64,000 nucleotides of DNA from Azolla caroliniana (Eukaryota > Plantae > Polypodiophyta): NCBI GenBank assembly GCA_043228905.1, contig JBHGNT010000002.1:7254001-7318000 (forward strand), read 5' to 3'. The position numbers were made by a program, and so were the translations under genes. Positions 53,626 to 64,000 of the stretch are shown in pieces. The notes below the pieces were generated by a model, which saw only the letters and a program-made list of their open reading frames with translations, did not search any database and was not told the DNA's origin. The stretch's first letter is position 1. Every line of letters starts with the position of its first letter.

Positions 53626-53629
53626 AAAT

Positions 53630-53699
53630 GGATGTAGCTCAGTGGGTAAGGTTGCCCAATGGAGACCCATGTGGTCATGGGTTCAACCCCTACATTCCA
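53630..53699 (+). other. tRNA-like sequence (pseudo-tRNA or SINE head)
   Basis: A-box TAGCTCAGTGG 53635-53645, B-box-like GGTTCAACCC about 53680-53689, and complementary ends ggatgtag/ctacattcc. No convincing anticodon arm. Confidence 0.5.
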
Positions 53700-53872
53700 C
53701 AGTGGCATCTAGTGAAATAAGAGATATGGAGTATATAATAGAGAATTGAGAAGCTTGGCTAAGCTAATTAAAATAAAATAAAATAAAGTGAGAAGAAAGA
53801 TATATTAACATCTTTTAAGACCAAAATTGGCCCATGAGACAATTGGTTTACAACAAAATGGGGTATTTACCC

Positions 53873-56060
53873 TGTTGAGAGATCAAGCTCAACTTAGTTT
53901 AGTTAGTTAATCAACACATGTAACTTAGTAGTTACCTAGATAGAATCTAGTTAGTGTGTTGACCATAAAGCCTTAAATAGGATTTTGTACTCGAGTGGGA
54001 TACATTGTAGATCCACCACTCCATGCTCATTTAATATAGGACTTACACGTTGTACCTATATTCTCCTAGCACATGTGCGCCCTTGCACATGAAACCTATA
54101 TATACCTCATTGAAGGTATTTTTGTATTTGATGATGTTTTATAATATACACTCTAGTTTACTCATCCCCCATCTTGTGTTGTTCATAAGTCTCTCTCTCC
54201 CTCTCTCTTCCTCTCACACACATACACACACATATCACATAATCTTCCGCTTAACTTAATCACATAATTAGGTAAAATAATTATTCCTTAATTAATTACC
54301 TAATCCTTAACATAGTATTAAAGCGTGTGGTTTAGCATATCCACTAAGCCCACCTGACACTCCGTGATTGTGTGCTCAAAACGCCGACAACAAATTCCGA
54401 CCATCCCCTACCGTAGTGCCGCTACGTGGCACAAGTACGTGATCGAAGAAAGAAGAGCCAAAAAAGAAGACACAAAACAACATGAACACACAAATGGGTA
54501 GCTCGCTCCCTAGCGAAAAGCTAGACCAGAGCAATTATTCATCTTGGGAGTACAAGATGACCCAATACCTCGTCGACCAAGGGTATTGGAGCTACATCAA
54601 CGGCGCACTCGAGAACAAGCCCAACAACACGAACACCAACTACCCAACGTGGGAGCAAGGAGCGAGTCGGGTAATGTATTGCTTGGCAACATGTGTCCAT
54701 GATCACATGCTTAGCCACATTCGAGATGCCAAGACGCTTAAAGAGGCGTGGGAGAACTTAAAGAAAATGTTCGACGCCAACACGACCGCCCGCAAACTTC
54801 AACTCCGACAAGAGTTGAATAACATTCGGCAAAAAGACATGTCTGTGTCGGACTACACCGCTAAAATCAAGAGCATTTGCGACTCGCTTGGCTCCATCAA
54901 CATAAACGTTGACGAAGACGAGATGGTTCAAGTATGCTTGGGCGGCCTCGCACAATGATTTGATCCACTACGGATGGCAATCTTGGTGAGAGAAAACCCT
55001 CCTTCGTTCTTCGACCTCCAATCGATGTTATTGGTCAAAGAAAACCACGTCCGAACCAAAAGCAAGGCACCGGAAGGACAAATGTTCTTCTCGAATTCAG
55101 ACGGTGGTCGAGGAAGAGGTCGTGGCGGTAGAAGAGGAAACCATTGAGGAACCTTCGAAAGAAGGGGGAGGTTCCAAGTTGAACAAGGTCGGCAAACGAG
55201 GCCCGCAACTTGCAATTATTGCGGCAAAATCAGCCACTATGAGGTGGAGTGTCGGAAGAAAAGAAGCGAGTCGGCATCGACAAGCCGACAACACACGAAT
55301 TACGCCATCAACTCCGAATACGATGATTACGGCGGACTATTCGTAATGAGGCATAGACAAACTCTATGACGGCCTCCAACTCTGCAAGCACCTCCAACTC
55401 GGAAGACGTGTGGTTCGTCGATTCTGGCACCTCACAGCACATGACATTTCACGAAGAGTGGTTTCGTGATTTACGAACGCCGGATCGACCCGGCTTCATA
55501 GAGACGGGAGACGACACCACGCACCCGATTCGGCACATCGGCAATGTCCCATTCGGGAAAGAAGGCGAGCAAATTTGCATCAAGAATGTCTTGCACGTGC
55601 CGACAATAACGAAGAATTTGGTCTCGGTCGACCAAATCGTGGAGCAAGGCATGCAAGTTCACTTCAACAACGAAGGTTGTTTCATTGAGAAAGATGACCG
55701 ACTCATAGCAAAGGGGCGGAGAGATGGTCAAATGTTCATCCTCGATTCGACCGAGGTGAAATTGGCAATGTACGCCAAAGGTCTCAAAACCGAGACGAAC
55801 TTCGAGTTGTGGCACAAAAGAATCGGCCACATCAACCTCCAACGGCTCCGAGCTATGCAAACAAAGGGAGTCGTCACCAGACTTCCGACATTCGAGTCGA
55901 AACCAGTCGACCGAGTATGCGAAGCGTGTCAACTCGGCAAACAACATCGACTCCCATTCCCAAAGGAGAGCCACGAGAGCAAAGGCCTCCTCGACGTTGT
56001 ACACTCGGATGTATGGGGACCGGCTCAAACGTTGACGATCGGCGGATGCCGATACTACGT
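53873..56060 (+). mobile_element. 5' part of Copia element C4 (same lineage as C1), interrupted in integrase by G2
   Basis: LTR 53873-54312 (TGTTG...TAACA), degenerate PBS tagtattaaagc 54313-54324. Gag 54482-54958 aligns by eye with C1 gag. PR WFVDSGTS, CEACQLGKQHR and VHSDVWGP in 55366-56060. Confidence 0.9.
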
Positions 56061-59000
56061 TGTCGCGCCTTTCGGCTCCGGATCGTTGCGTGAGTCGGTT
56101 GGGAACCACTAAGGTTTTAGACTAGTAGGAGAAGAATATGAGATAGTTTTTGTTATGAATAAATTGCAAGATGAAGATGTGAAACTCGTGAATCCCACGA
56201 GTATAATGTATTAATGGATACTTAGATTATAAGAGAGAATTAGATGGTAAAATCGTGAATCTCACGAATATTTTGTATTAATCAATCCTTATAAAAAATC
56301 AACAAAAAAAACTATACATCTTTCTCTCTTCCTTATATAGTGTTGTGTTGGAAGAGTCTAAGTTTATCATATGCAAGCATCATGTTTTTCCTAACTTTAG
56401 TTTTCATGCACACTACATGTGCATTATTAGCTTTCTATCCCATCTTTTCTTTTAACTCGAGTGTGTATGCATGAATAACTTTTTGTACCATGCATATCTA
56501 GAATATTTACATGGGATAAAGTTTAGTACAACTTCAAAATTTATAATATGCTAGTATAGTGGTAAGGCTTGAAAATCGTTAACATGGAGGTACAGGGTTC
56601 GAATCCTGCCCTATGCATGTAACAATCTTTTCTTCTATTTACAAATTTGTCTCTTCATCCGGTGAGAGATTCTCACCGGCCTTCTTTATCTGGCTCTTGC
56701 CAGTTCTGCTTGATCCGGTTCTTACCGGTTCCTCCTTGCCGATTCCATCCTTTATCCGGTTCTCACCAGTTCCTCCTTACCGATTCCATCCTTCATCCGA
56801 TTCTCACCGATTCCTCCTTGCCGATTCCATCCGGAGGGACAAAAATGTAATTCTCACGTAGTGTGCGAATTACACTACGACACTCGCCCCCTCCAAACCC
56901 GCACATCCTCCGGTATGTGCCAAAGTTCCCGATGCTCGTTGTTCCTCTTCATCTGTAGCACTCTCTGATTCTTCCCGTATGTCGATTATCAATTGAAGAC
57001 CACTTTCTTCACTTTCCGCATCACCGCGATCTTTGTCCGATTGCTCCTCGTTGTCGGTCTTGTCTAAGCTTACATAAGGTTCTTTGTCAGTTCGCTTCTT
57101 GAAAATCTTCACCCATTTCCCCTCTATAGGCACCCGTAGTACTGTTCCATCCAACTCGCATAGTCGGTAAGTTCCGTTGTCGAAAACTTTCCGAACCACC
57201 TTTTAGCGAACTTCCGTATTGTTGTATGTTGATGATCCAAACTACTATCATAGACAATCACCCAATCTCCTTCTTCAATCTTCCATGGTCGTAGTTGGTG
57301 CTTTGTGTCGAACTGGCTTTCGTTCCAGAATCGCGCTTCTTGTTGTCGGCGTGTTGCTTCCGCTACGTCTTCTGGTCTTCCCTCTAGTTGTCGTATCTGG
57401 ACCGCTAGTAGTTCTTCCCGGCTCATATCTTCCTTCCATGGTAGCATTGTCCATGTCGCGACCGCGGTTTCCATCAGCATTACCGGTGCTTGTTCGGTCA
57501 TAAGTTCTGTCGGCATATAACCGGTTACGGAGCTATGCGTCGTCCGATCCGCCCATAGTGCATACGGAAGCATTTGCGGCCAATCCTTCACCCTCCCATC
57601 GCATGCTTTGGCAAGTGCTTTGACAATCGGACTATGTCCTCGTTTGATTTTCCCGTTGGCCTCCAGATTGTATGCCATTATTAGTGTTAACCGAACTCCA
57701 TGTTTGGTGAAGAACTCCCTAGCTTTATCAGAGTCGAGTTCTCCCCGATCCGCAATCACTTGTCCTACGCACCCGTACCTGCAAAACACTTCTTCCAAAA
57801 GGAATCGGCATACCGTAGAACATGTTTTCCTCCGTAGTGCTCGACCTTCTACTTGGTTTGTGAGATCTTCCCGAGCTAACACCAAGTACTTCTTTTGTCT
57901 GATCCTGGTTGGCATGGTTACAATGTCGACCATCCATTTGAAGTTGATTGTCGGTGAGAATGTCGGATGTAACTCATCTCGGTGTCGAACTGTGGAGTAG
58001 ATTTGACACTTATCACAACTTTCCGTGAACTCCGCTATATCTTTGTACATGTTCTTCCACCAATATTTTTGTTTGATTTTTACAAAAGTTGCCCATGTTC
58101 CTCGATGTCCAGCCCAATTAGATTCGTGAAACTCGGACATTATCCGGTTTCGTTGCTCTTTCGTCCCGACTACCTGAAGTGGTATGCCATCCAGTCTTTT
58201 CGGCTCCCTCCATATTAATCCATTTTTCAAGAAGAACTTTTGGATTTGCCTCTTCTTCCTTCGGATCTCAGCTCTCTTCTCTTCATCGTCCGGTGATTCC
58301 TCAATCTCTTGTAGCACCTTCCCGATCATCAAGCTTTCTCCCTCGTATTCTTCTTCTCGGAATTCTCGGATTACGTTTACTCGGCATATGTGCTCCAAAG
58401 CAAAGTAGTCTTCAGAAACTTCTTCATTATCGGATTCGGCTATGTTGTCTCTGAACCGAGCCCTTGATAGCATATCCGCTACCGTGTTGTCTTTTCTGGA
58501 GATGTGTCGTATGTCCGGGTTAAGCGACTTAACATATGCAATCCATCTTAGCATAGCCAAATCCGGTATCGTGCAACACCTCATCATCCCGAGTATCGAA
58601 AGACAATCTGTTTCGATCACTACTTCGGCTCCAATCAAATAATCTCGATCTGATTTGATTGCCGACACGACTCCCAATAATTCTCTTTTGACTTGTGCAT
58701 ACCCGCGTTGCCTTTCGTTGAGAACCTTTGCTCCGAATCGGATCGGATATCGCGAACCATCCGAGTCGGCTTGATTGATGACCCATCCGATTCCGATTGG
58801 ACTTGTGTCAAACGTTACTATAACCGGTCGGTCATAGTTCGGCTTCTTTAGTGCTTTTGCCCTCTGTAGTGATTTCTTGAGCTTCTTCACGGCTTTGGTA
58901 TGCTCCGGTTTCCATTCGGACTTCTTCCCCTTCTGCAACAAGTGATAGAGTGGGTCCGCAATATGTGCATAGTGCAGAATCCATATGTGATAGAATCCAT

Positions 59001-59272
59001 ATGCTCCAAGAAACCTTCGGACTTCGGATTGTGACTCGCATACTTCTCTCATAGCTTGAATCGCATCGATCTTGGTTGGTGATGGTCTTCAGCCGTAGGG
59101 CCCACATAGATGTTCAACTACCAATATCTCTTCTTGCCCAAATGTCGATTTCTCCCCAGAAAGTGTTAGGTGCTCATCTTCTAACTTTCAAAGCACTTTC
59201 TCGCAATCACGAATATGGTCGACTACAAACTTTCGGCATCCCTGATCATGCATAGTTTCATCTTTTTCTTCT
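56061..59272 (-). mobile_element. 3' part of Gypsy element G2 (same lineage as B): RT end, RNase H, integrase, PPT and 3' LTR 56061-56882
   Basis: LTR termini TGTCG...CGACA, PPT (reverse complement) ctcgccccctcc 56883-56894. ORF 57124-59052 has RNase H (DTSPIGIGW, ADMLSR) and integrase (H..GH...CDKC, WMVDIV, ADRGE). Cut at 59272 by C2b. Confidence 0.92.
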
Positions 59273-62200
59273 TGTCGAATACAAGTGTATAATGGACGTA
59301 TTCACACTATCCCTTTGTATAGATCAAGTTTGGGCCATTTGTGTAATTAGCATAAATGGTAGTTGCCCTAAGTCGGTCACTATATATATTGACCTTGTAA
59401 CCTTTTTGTAAGGTTGGTTGTATTATACTTTTCTATTGAATAGAAAGTCATTTTTTGTGTGTGTGTCTCTCTCTCTGTCTCTGTCTCTGTGCACGATCTT
59501 GCAAACTGTCATACGCAGGTACTCAACCCTAATCGAATGCTTCTTGATCTTCCGCATCGACACGGCCTTGTCTCCAACATCTGGTATCAGAGCGTGCATA
59601 GTATTCGGTCCTTCAACCCGCTGTCGGCCGTCGTCTCAGCCTGCACAGCATTCGGTTTCCTGCGTCATTCGAAGAAGAGAGAAGAAGAAGAAAAAAAAAC
59701 GAGGCTTGCATCTCATCGCGTTAGATCATCTTCGCTTGGAGTAAGCCAGCCGGTTGTACTCTGTTCCTTGTGATCGTAACCGCTCGAGGTGAAATCCCCT
59801 TGTGCAACATTGACACGATCGTGCTCCACTCGGTTAAACGGCATCCGAAGAGGTCATCAAACGCTGCTCGCCGCTCACTGTAACCACTCGGTGCAGATCA
59901 GTCTCAAGACAACAACCCCAATTCGTGCTTCATCCGGCTGATCGACATTCGGGAGGATAAGTTGGATCCGTCTCTCTCGTCGCTGCAGTCACCCGAAGCA
60001 GAATCGGTCCAGACAATCGGTTTCAATAATCGGTATTTGGCATATATATTCGGAAGCGAACCGGGCTCACTCCGACTCGGCAACATTCGGGAAGACCAGT
60101 CGGTTCTGTCCCTCGAGTTACCGGAGTCAATTCGAGCAAGTTCAACAATACATATATCCGAAGCCGAACCGACTCGGGTTCAAATCCGACTAGAACGATA
60201 TCGGGTGAGCCAATCGGCTGCACTCCAACAAGGTTCATAGTCAACTCCGAACCGAGCTTCGTCAACCGAAACCAAATTTGATGGCATCAACATCCGGCTC
60301 GTCAGAAATGAGTCTACGAAAGTTCGATGGATCGAACTTCAACTTCTGGAAAGAGCAAATGCAGGACTATCTCATAGTCAAGGGGCAAATCGATCCCATC
60401 GAAAATGAAGAACCTCCAGAAGGATACAAACCAATTGAGTGGCAGAAGCTGGACAGAATCGTCCGCGCCACGATTCGGATGCACCTATCGGAATCGGTAT
60501 ACTTTACGGTGCAATCGTGTACAACAACATTCGAACTGTGGAAAACACTGTCGGACACTTACGAAAAGAAGGTCGCCGCAACGAAGATGTTTCTGATCCG
60601 GCGCCTCTACAACTTGCGGATGAAAGAATCCGATTCGGTTCAAGCACATCTCAATGAGTACGAAAGCATAAGCTCCCAAATCTCATCTCAGGGGACGACA
60701 ATCGAGGATGAACTCAGAGCAATGATACTCATGAGCAGCCTTCCCTCATCATGGGAAACTTTCGTCACAACCGTGTGCAACGCGTCAACCACGGCTGTTA
60801 AATACTCCAAAGTCACGAGCGCAATCCTGACCGAAGCAGCTCGGAGAAAGTCTTTCGCCAAAGACTCAACAGACGACGCTTACGTAGTACAAGGTTCGAC
60901 AGACCGATCGAACATACGAGGAAGAGATTCCTCACGGCAGCCGAACAATCAGCGAAGACGGAGCCAGTCACGGGATAATCGAATCTGCAACTATTGCAAG
61001 AAACCCGGACACATCAAAGCCGACTGCCACGCACTCAAGAACAAGAACGACAAGTCTCAGAAATCAGACAAGAAGAGTGGCCGGCATGAGGAGATCAATT
61101 ACGTCAGCTTCTCAGCTGATGTGCTACCAAACGACCCGAATATACTATCAATCGAAAATCCAGTCGGATCAGAAGTTCTGCTCACGACTGAAGAATCGAG
61201 CACATGGCTCTTAGATTCGGGCGCGTCATTTCACGTGACTCCTCATCGATCCCAATTTCGGCAATATACGATCCGTCACTCCGACTCAGTTCGAGTCGGC
61301 AACTCGCAACACTGTGACATCATTGGAATCGGCACAGTAGAGCTCAACCTTGCAGGTGGCTCTACACTTGTACTTCGCAATGTCCGACATGTACCCGAGC
61401 TCTCAAGGCCATTGATCTCAGTCGGACAACGAGATGAAGACGGCATTCGTGCCGGTTTTTCTTCGGGAGGGTGGACACTCCACAGGGGGAACCTCCTGCT
61501 TGCTAGAGGACCCAAGATACACTCACTGTATCCGTTACATGTTACGCTCAGAGAGGGTAACCTGTTTTTGGTGGATATTCCTGTGTCATCACTATGGCAC
61601 AGAAGATTAGGACACCTCAGCAAGGCCGGCATTACGCACCTATCTAGAGCCGGATACATCCCTAAACTCTCCTTCTCGGACCATCAATTCTTCGAACATT
61701 TCCAGTATGGCAAACAAGCAGCCGCATCACACCCGACATCAGCACCAAGAGAAACGAGACCTCTCGATTTAGTCCACTCGGACGTCTGTGGCCCACTGCC
61801 GCATCAGTCTCTCGGCGGTGCCTCTTACTTCGTCAGTTTTATTGACGATTCGACTCGAAAGGTGTGGGCTTATCCAATTCGCACCAAAGATCGTGTCTTC
61901 TCGATCTTCTCCGATTGGCTCGCTATGGTAGAAAATCAAACTGACCGAAAACTGAAATGCCTTCGGACCGACAATGGGGGAGAGTTCAAATCAGAAGAAT
62001 TCGTCAAATTCTGCCGACAACGCGGCATCCGACGTGAATTTACGGCACCACACAGTCCGGAGCAAAACGGGATTGCAGAACGCATGAATCGGACAATCCA
62101 AGAACGGATAGTTTCCATGCTCCAACACTCCGGACTGTTGGATGGCTTCTGGGCAGAGGCTGTACTCACGGCAGTACACATAATCAATATGTCGCCAAGC

Positions 62201-64000
62201 AGACCTCTAGGACTTCAAATTCCTCAGGAACTATGGATCGGCAGTAAGCCGAATTACGACAAGCTGAGGATCTTCGGATGCGAGGCCTACGCCCTTATTC
62301 CGAAAGATGATCGCCGAAAACTTGCACTGCGGTCCAGGAAATGCATTTTCCTTGGATATGGATCAGACGGCGAAATGGGATACCGACTCTGGGACCCCGA
62401 ACGCAAACAAATCGTTCGAAGTTCGGACGTTGTGTTCAACGAGTCGGCTATGAATCCATCAGTCGAAAAACCGATCGAAGTCCGAAGGGTAACATTTTCC
62501 GATGTGCCGACCCTTCAAGAAGGCCCCGCTCTTAACACACGGTCAGCTTCACGGGTAGCTGAACCTTACACCACCGACTCGGACAACTCTGACTCGGCAC
62601 AGCAGAATAATTCGCTTTCGGACCATCCGACCTCGATACCCGATGCGACCAGTCCAATCATACCTCGACGATCCGAGAGACTGTCGCAACCTCCGGAGAG
62701 GTATTCTCCTGGAATTTTCTTCACCGACGCCGGCGAACCGACGTCTTACGAAGAAGCATCGACATCTGTCGATTCAGCCACCTGGCATCTGGCGATGGAG
62801 TCGGAAATGCACTCCATTCGGGCAAACAAGACTTGGGATCTGGTCGAACTACCAAAGAATCGACGTGCTCTTCCTTGCAAGTGGGTTTATCGACTAAAAG
62901 AGACGTCTGATTCGACCACCCCAAAGTACAAGGCCAGATTAGTTGCGAAGGGCTTCCGACAAGAATATGGCGTCGACTTCGACGAGATTTTTTCACCAGT
63001 GGTGAAAATGACAACCCTTCGTTTTCTACTCGGCGTAGTGGCAGCCGACAACTTGGAGCTGATTCAGCTAGATGTCAAAACAACCTTCCTCCATGGTGAT
63101 CGTGAAGAGGAAATTTATATGGAACAGCCAAAAGGCTTCGTGGCAACTGGCCAAGAACATCTAGTCTGCCGACTCAGGAAGAGTCTATACGGCCTCAAAC
63201 AGGCACCGCGACAATGGTACAAGAAGTTCGACGACTTCATCCAATCGATCGGCTTCTCCAAAAGCGATGAGGACCATTGTCTTTTCACCAACACAGCTCA
63301 AGATGGATCACCCATCTTCCTCATCATTTACGTGGATGACATGCTAATTTCTAGACGCCATGCGGGCGAACTTGCCGATCTCATTCGGCAATTGCGGTTG
63401 AAGTTTGCCATGAAGGACCTCGGTCCGGCACGACACACACTTGGCATGAAGATTAGTCGGCATCGCGATAAACGACATCTTTTCTTGTCTCAGACCGACT
63501 ATATCGGACGTGTCTTGGAACGCTTCAACATGCAATCAGCCAAATCTGCTTCAACCCCGCTCCCCATGAATCTTCGGCTCTCTCAGCGAGACTGCCCGAC
63601 ATCCGGTCCGGAGGGGGAAGATATGAAGTCGGTACCGTATGCACCGGCAGTTGGCTCCCTTATGTACTTGATGGTCGCGACACGGCCTGATATCTCTCAT
63701 GCCGTAGGAGTCGTTAGCAGATTTATGCACAATCCTGGCCGATCACATTGGAACGCAGTCAAGCATGTGTTCAAATATCTGGCTGGCACAAAAGATCACG
63801 ACATTCTTTTCGGTCCGAACTCAACCTCAGGCGTAGTCGGTTACACTGACTCGGACTTCGCCGGCTGTATAGACAGTCGGAAATCAACAACCGGATACTG
63901 CTTCAAATTCGGCAATGGAGCAATTTCGTGGAAGTCGAAACTTCAGGAGTGCACAGCGACCTCAACGACCGAAGCAGAATATGTAGCTGCGTCCGACGCT
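59273..64000 (+). mobile_element. Copia element C2b, sibling of C2, running off the right edge
   Basis: 5' LTR 59273-59579, PBS 59582-59593. The internal sequence is collinear with and highly similar to 12170-16540. Confidence 0.96.
60281..64000 (+). CDS. C2b gag-pol polyprotein, apparently open to the window edge (3' partial)
   Basis: ATG at 60281 matches C2 ATG 12842. The ORF track lists no terminated ORF in this frame, and GGA replaces the C2 stop. Confidence 0.8.
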   Translation, partial: MASTSGSSEMSLRKFDGSNFNFWKEQMQDYLIVKGQIDPIENEEPPEGYKPIEWQKLDRIVRATIRMHLSESVYFTVQSCTTTFELWKTLSDTYEKKVAATKMFLIRRLYNLRMKESDSVQAHLNEYESISSQISSQGTTIEDELRAMILMSSLPSSWETFVTTVCNASTTAVKYSKVTSAILTEAARRKSFAKDSTDDAYVVQGSTDRSNIRGRDSSRQPNNQRRRSQSRDNRICNYCKKPGHIKADCHALKNKNDKSQKSDKKSGRHEEINYVSFSADVLPNDPNILSIENPVGSEVLLTTEESSTWLLDSGASFHVTPHRSQFRQYTIRHSDSVRVGNSQHCDIIGIGTVELNLAGGSTLVLRNVRHVPELSRPLISVGQRDEDGIRAGFSSGGWTLHRGNLLLARGPKIHSLYPLHVTLREGNLFLVDIPVSSLWHRRLGHLSKAGITHLSRAGYIPKLSFSDHQFFEHFQYGKQAAASHPTSAPRETRPLDLVHSDVCGPLPHQSLGGASYFVSFIDDSTRKVWAYPIRTKDRVFSIFSDWLAMVENQTDRKLKCLRTDNGGEFKSEEFVKFCRQRGIRREFTAPHSPEQNGIAERMNRTIQERIVSMLQHSGLLDGFWAEAVLTAVHIINMSPSRPLGLQIPQELWIGSKPNYDKLRIFGCEAYALIPKDDRRKLALRSRKCIFLGYGSDGEMGYRLWDPERKQIVRSSDVVFNESAMNPSVEKPIEVRRVTFSDVPTLQEGPALNTRSASRVAEPYTTDSDNSDSAQQNNSLSDHPTSIPDATSPIIPRRSERLSQPPERYSPGIFFTDAGEPTSYEEASTSVDSATWHLAMESEMHSIRANKTWDLVELPKNRRALPCKWVYRLKETSDSTTPKYKARLVAKGFRQEYGVDFDEIFSPVVKMTTLRFLLGVVAADNLELIQLDVKTTFLHGDREEEIYMEQPKGFVATGQEHLVCRLRKSLYGLKQAPRQWYKKFDDFIQSIGFSKSDEDHCLFTNTAQDGSPIFLIIYVDDMLISRRHAGELADLIRQLRLKFAMKDLGPARHTLGMKISRHRDKRHLFLSQTDYIGRVLERFNMQSAKSASTPLPMNLRLSQRDCPTSGPEGEDMKSVPYAPAVGSLMYLMVATRPDISHAVGVVSRFMHNPGRSHWNAVKHVFKYLAGTKDHDILFGPNSTSGVVGYTDSDFAGCIDSRKSTTGYCFKFGNGAISWKSKLQECTATSTTEAEYVAASDA

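Overview
Plant nuclear DNA; the retroelement lineages suggest a seed-free vascular plant such as a fern (inference). A ~23 kb gene island (about 30.6-53.8 kb) holds three intact genes: a DREB2-type AP2/ERF factor (+), a UBC19/20 (UBE2C-type) E2 enzyme (-, 6 exons) and an acyl-protein thioesterase/lysophospholipase (-, 9 exons), interspersed with many minisatellites. Two nested LTR-retrotransposon piles flank it, and most can be unpacked by target-site duplications (TSDs). Left: a Gypsy element (B) is split by a Copia (C1, TSD AGATG), a second Copia (C3, TSD CTAAT) and a 1.08-kb TRIM-like element. C1 itself holds a young Copia (C2, TSD CCTTC) and a deleted Tat/Athila-like Gypsy (D). Right: Copia C4 holds Gypsy G2, which holds C2b, a sibling of C2. 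The most unusual signals are: (1) element D has a tRNA-3'-end mimic where its polypurine tract should be, non-canonical ends and a ~1050-codon extra ORF; (2) the TRIM can be traced to the C2 family through a 7-nt microhomology deletion; (3) C1 has two identical PPTs and a Pol C-terminal extension; (4) the G2 LTR carries tRNA-type Pol III A/B boxes. All calls were made by eye, with no database searches.
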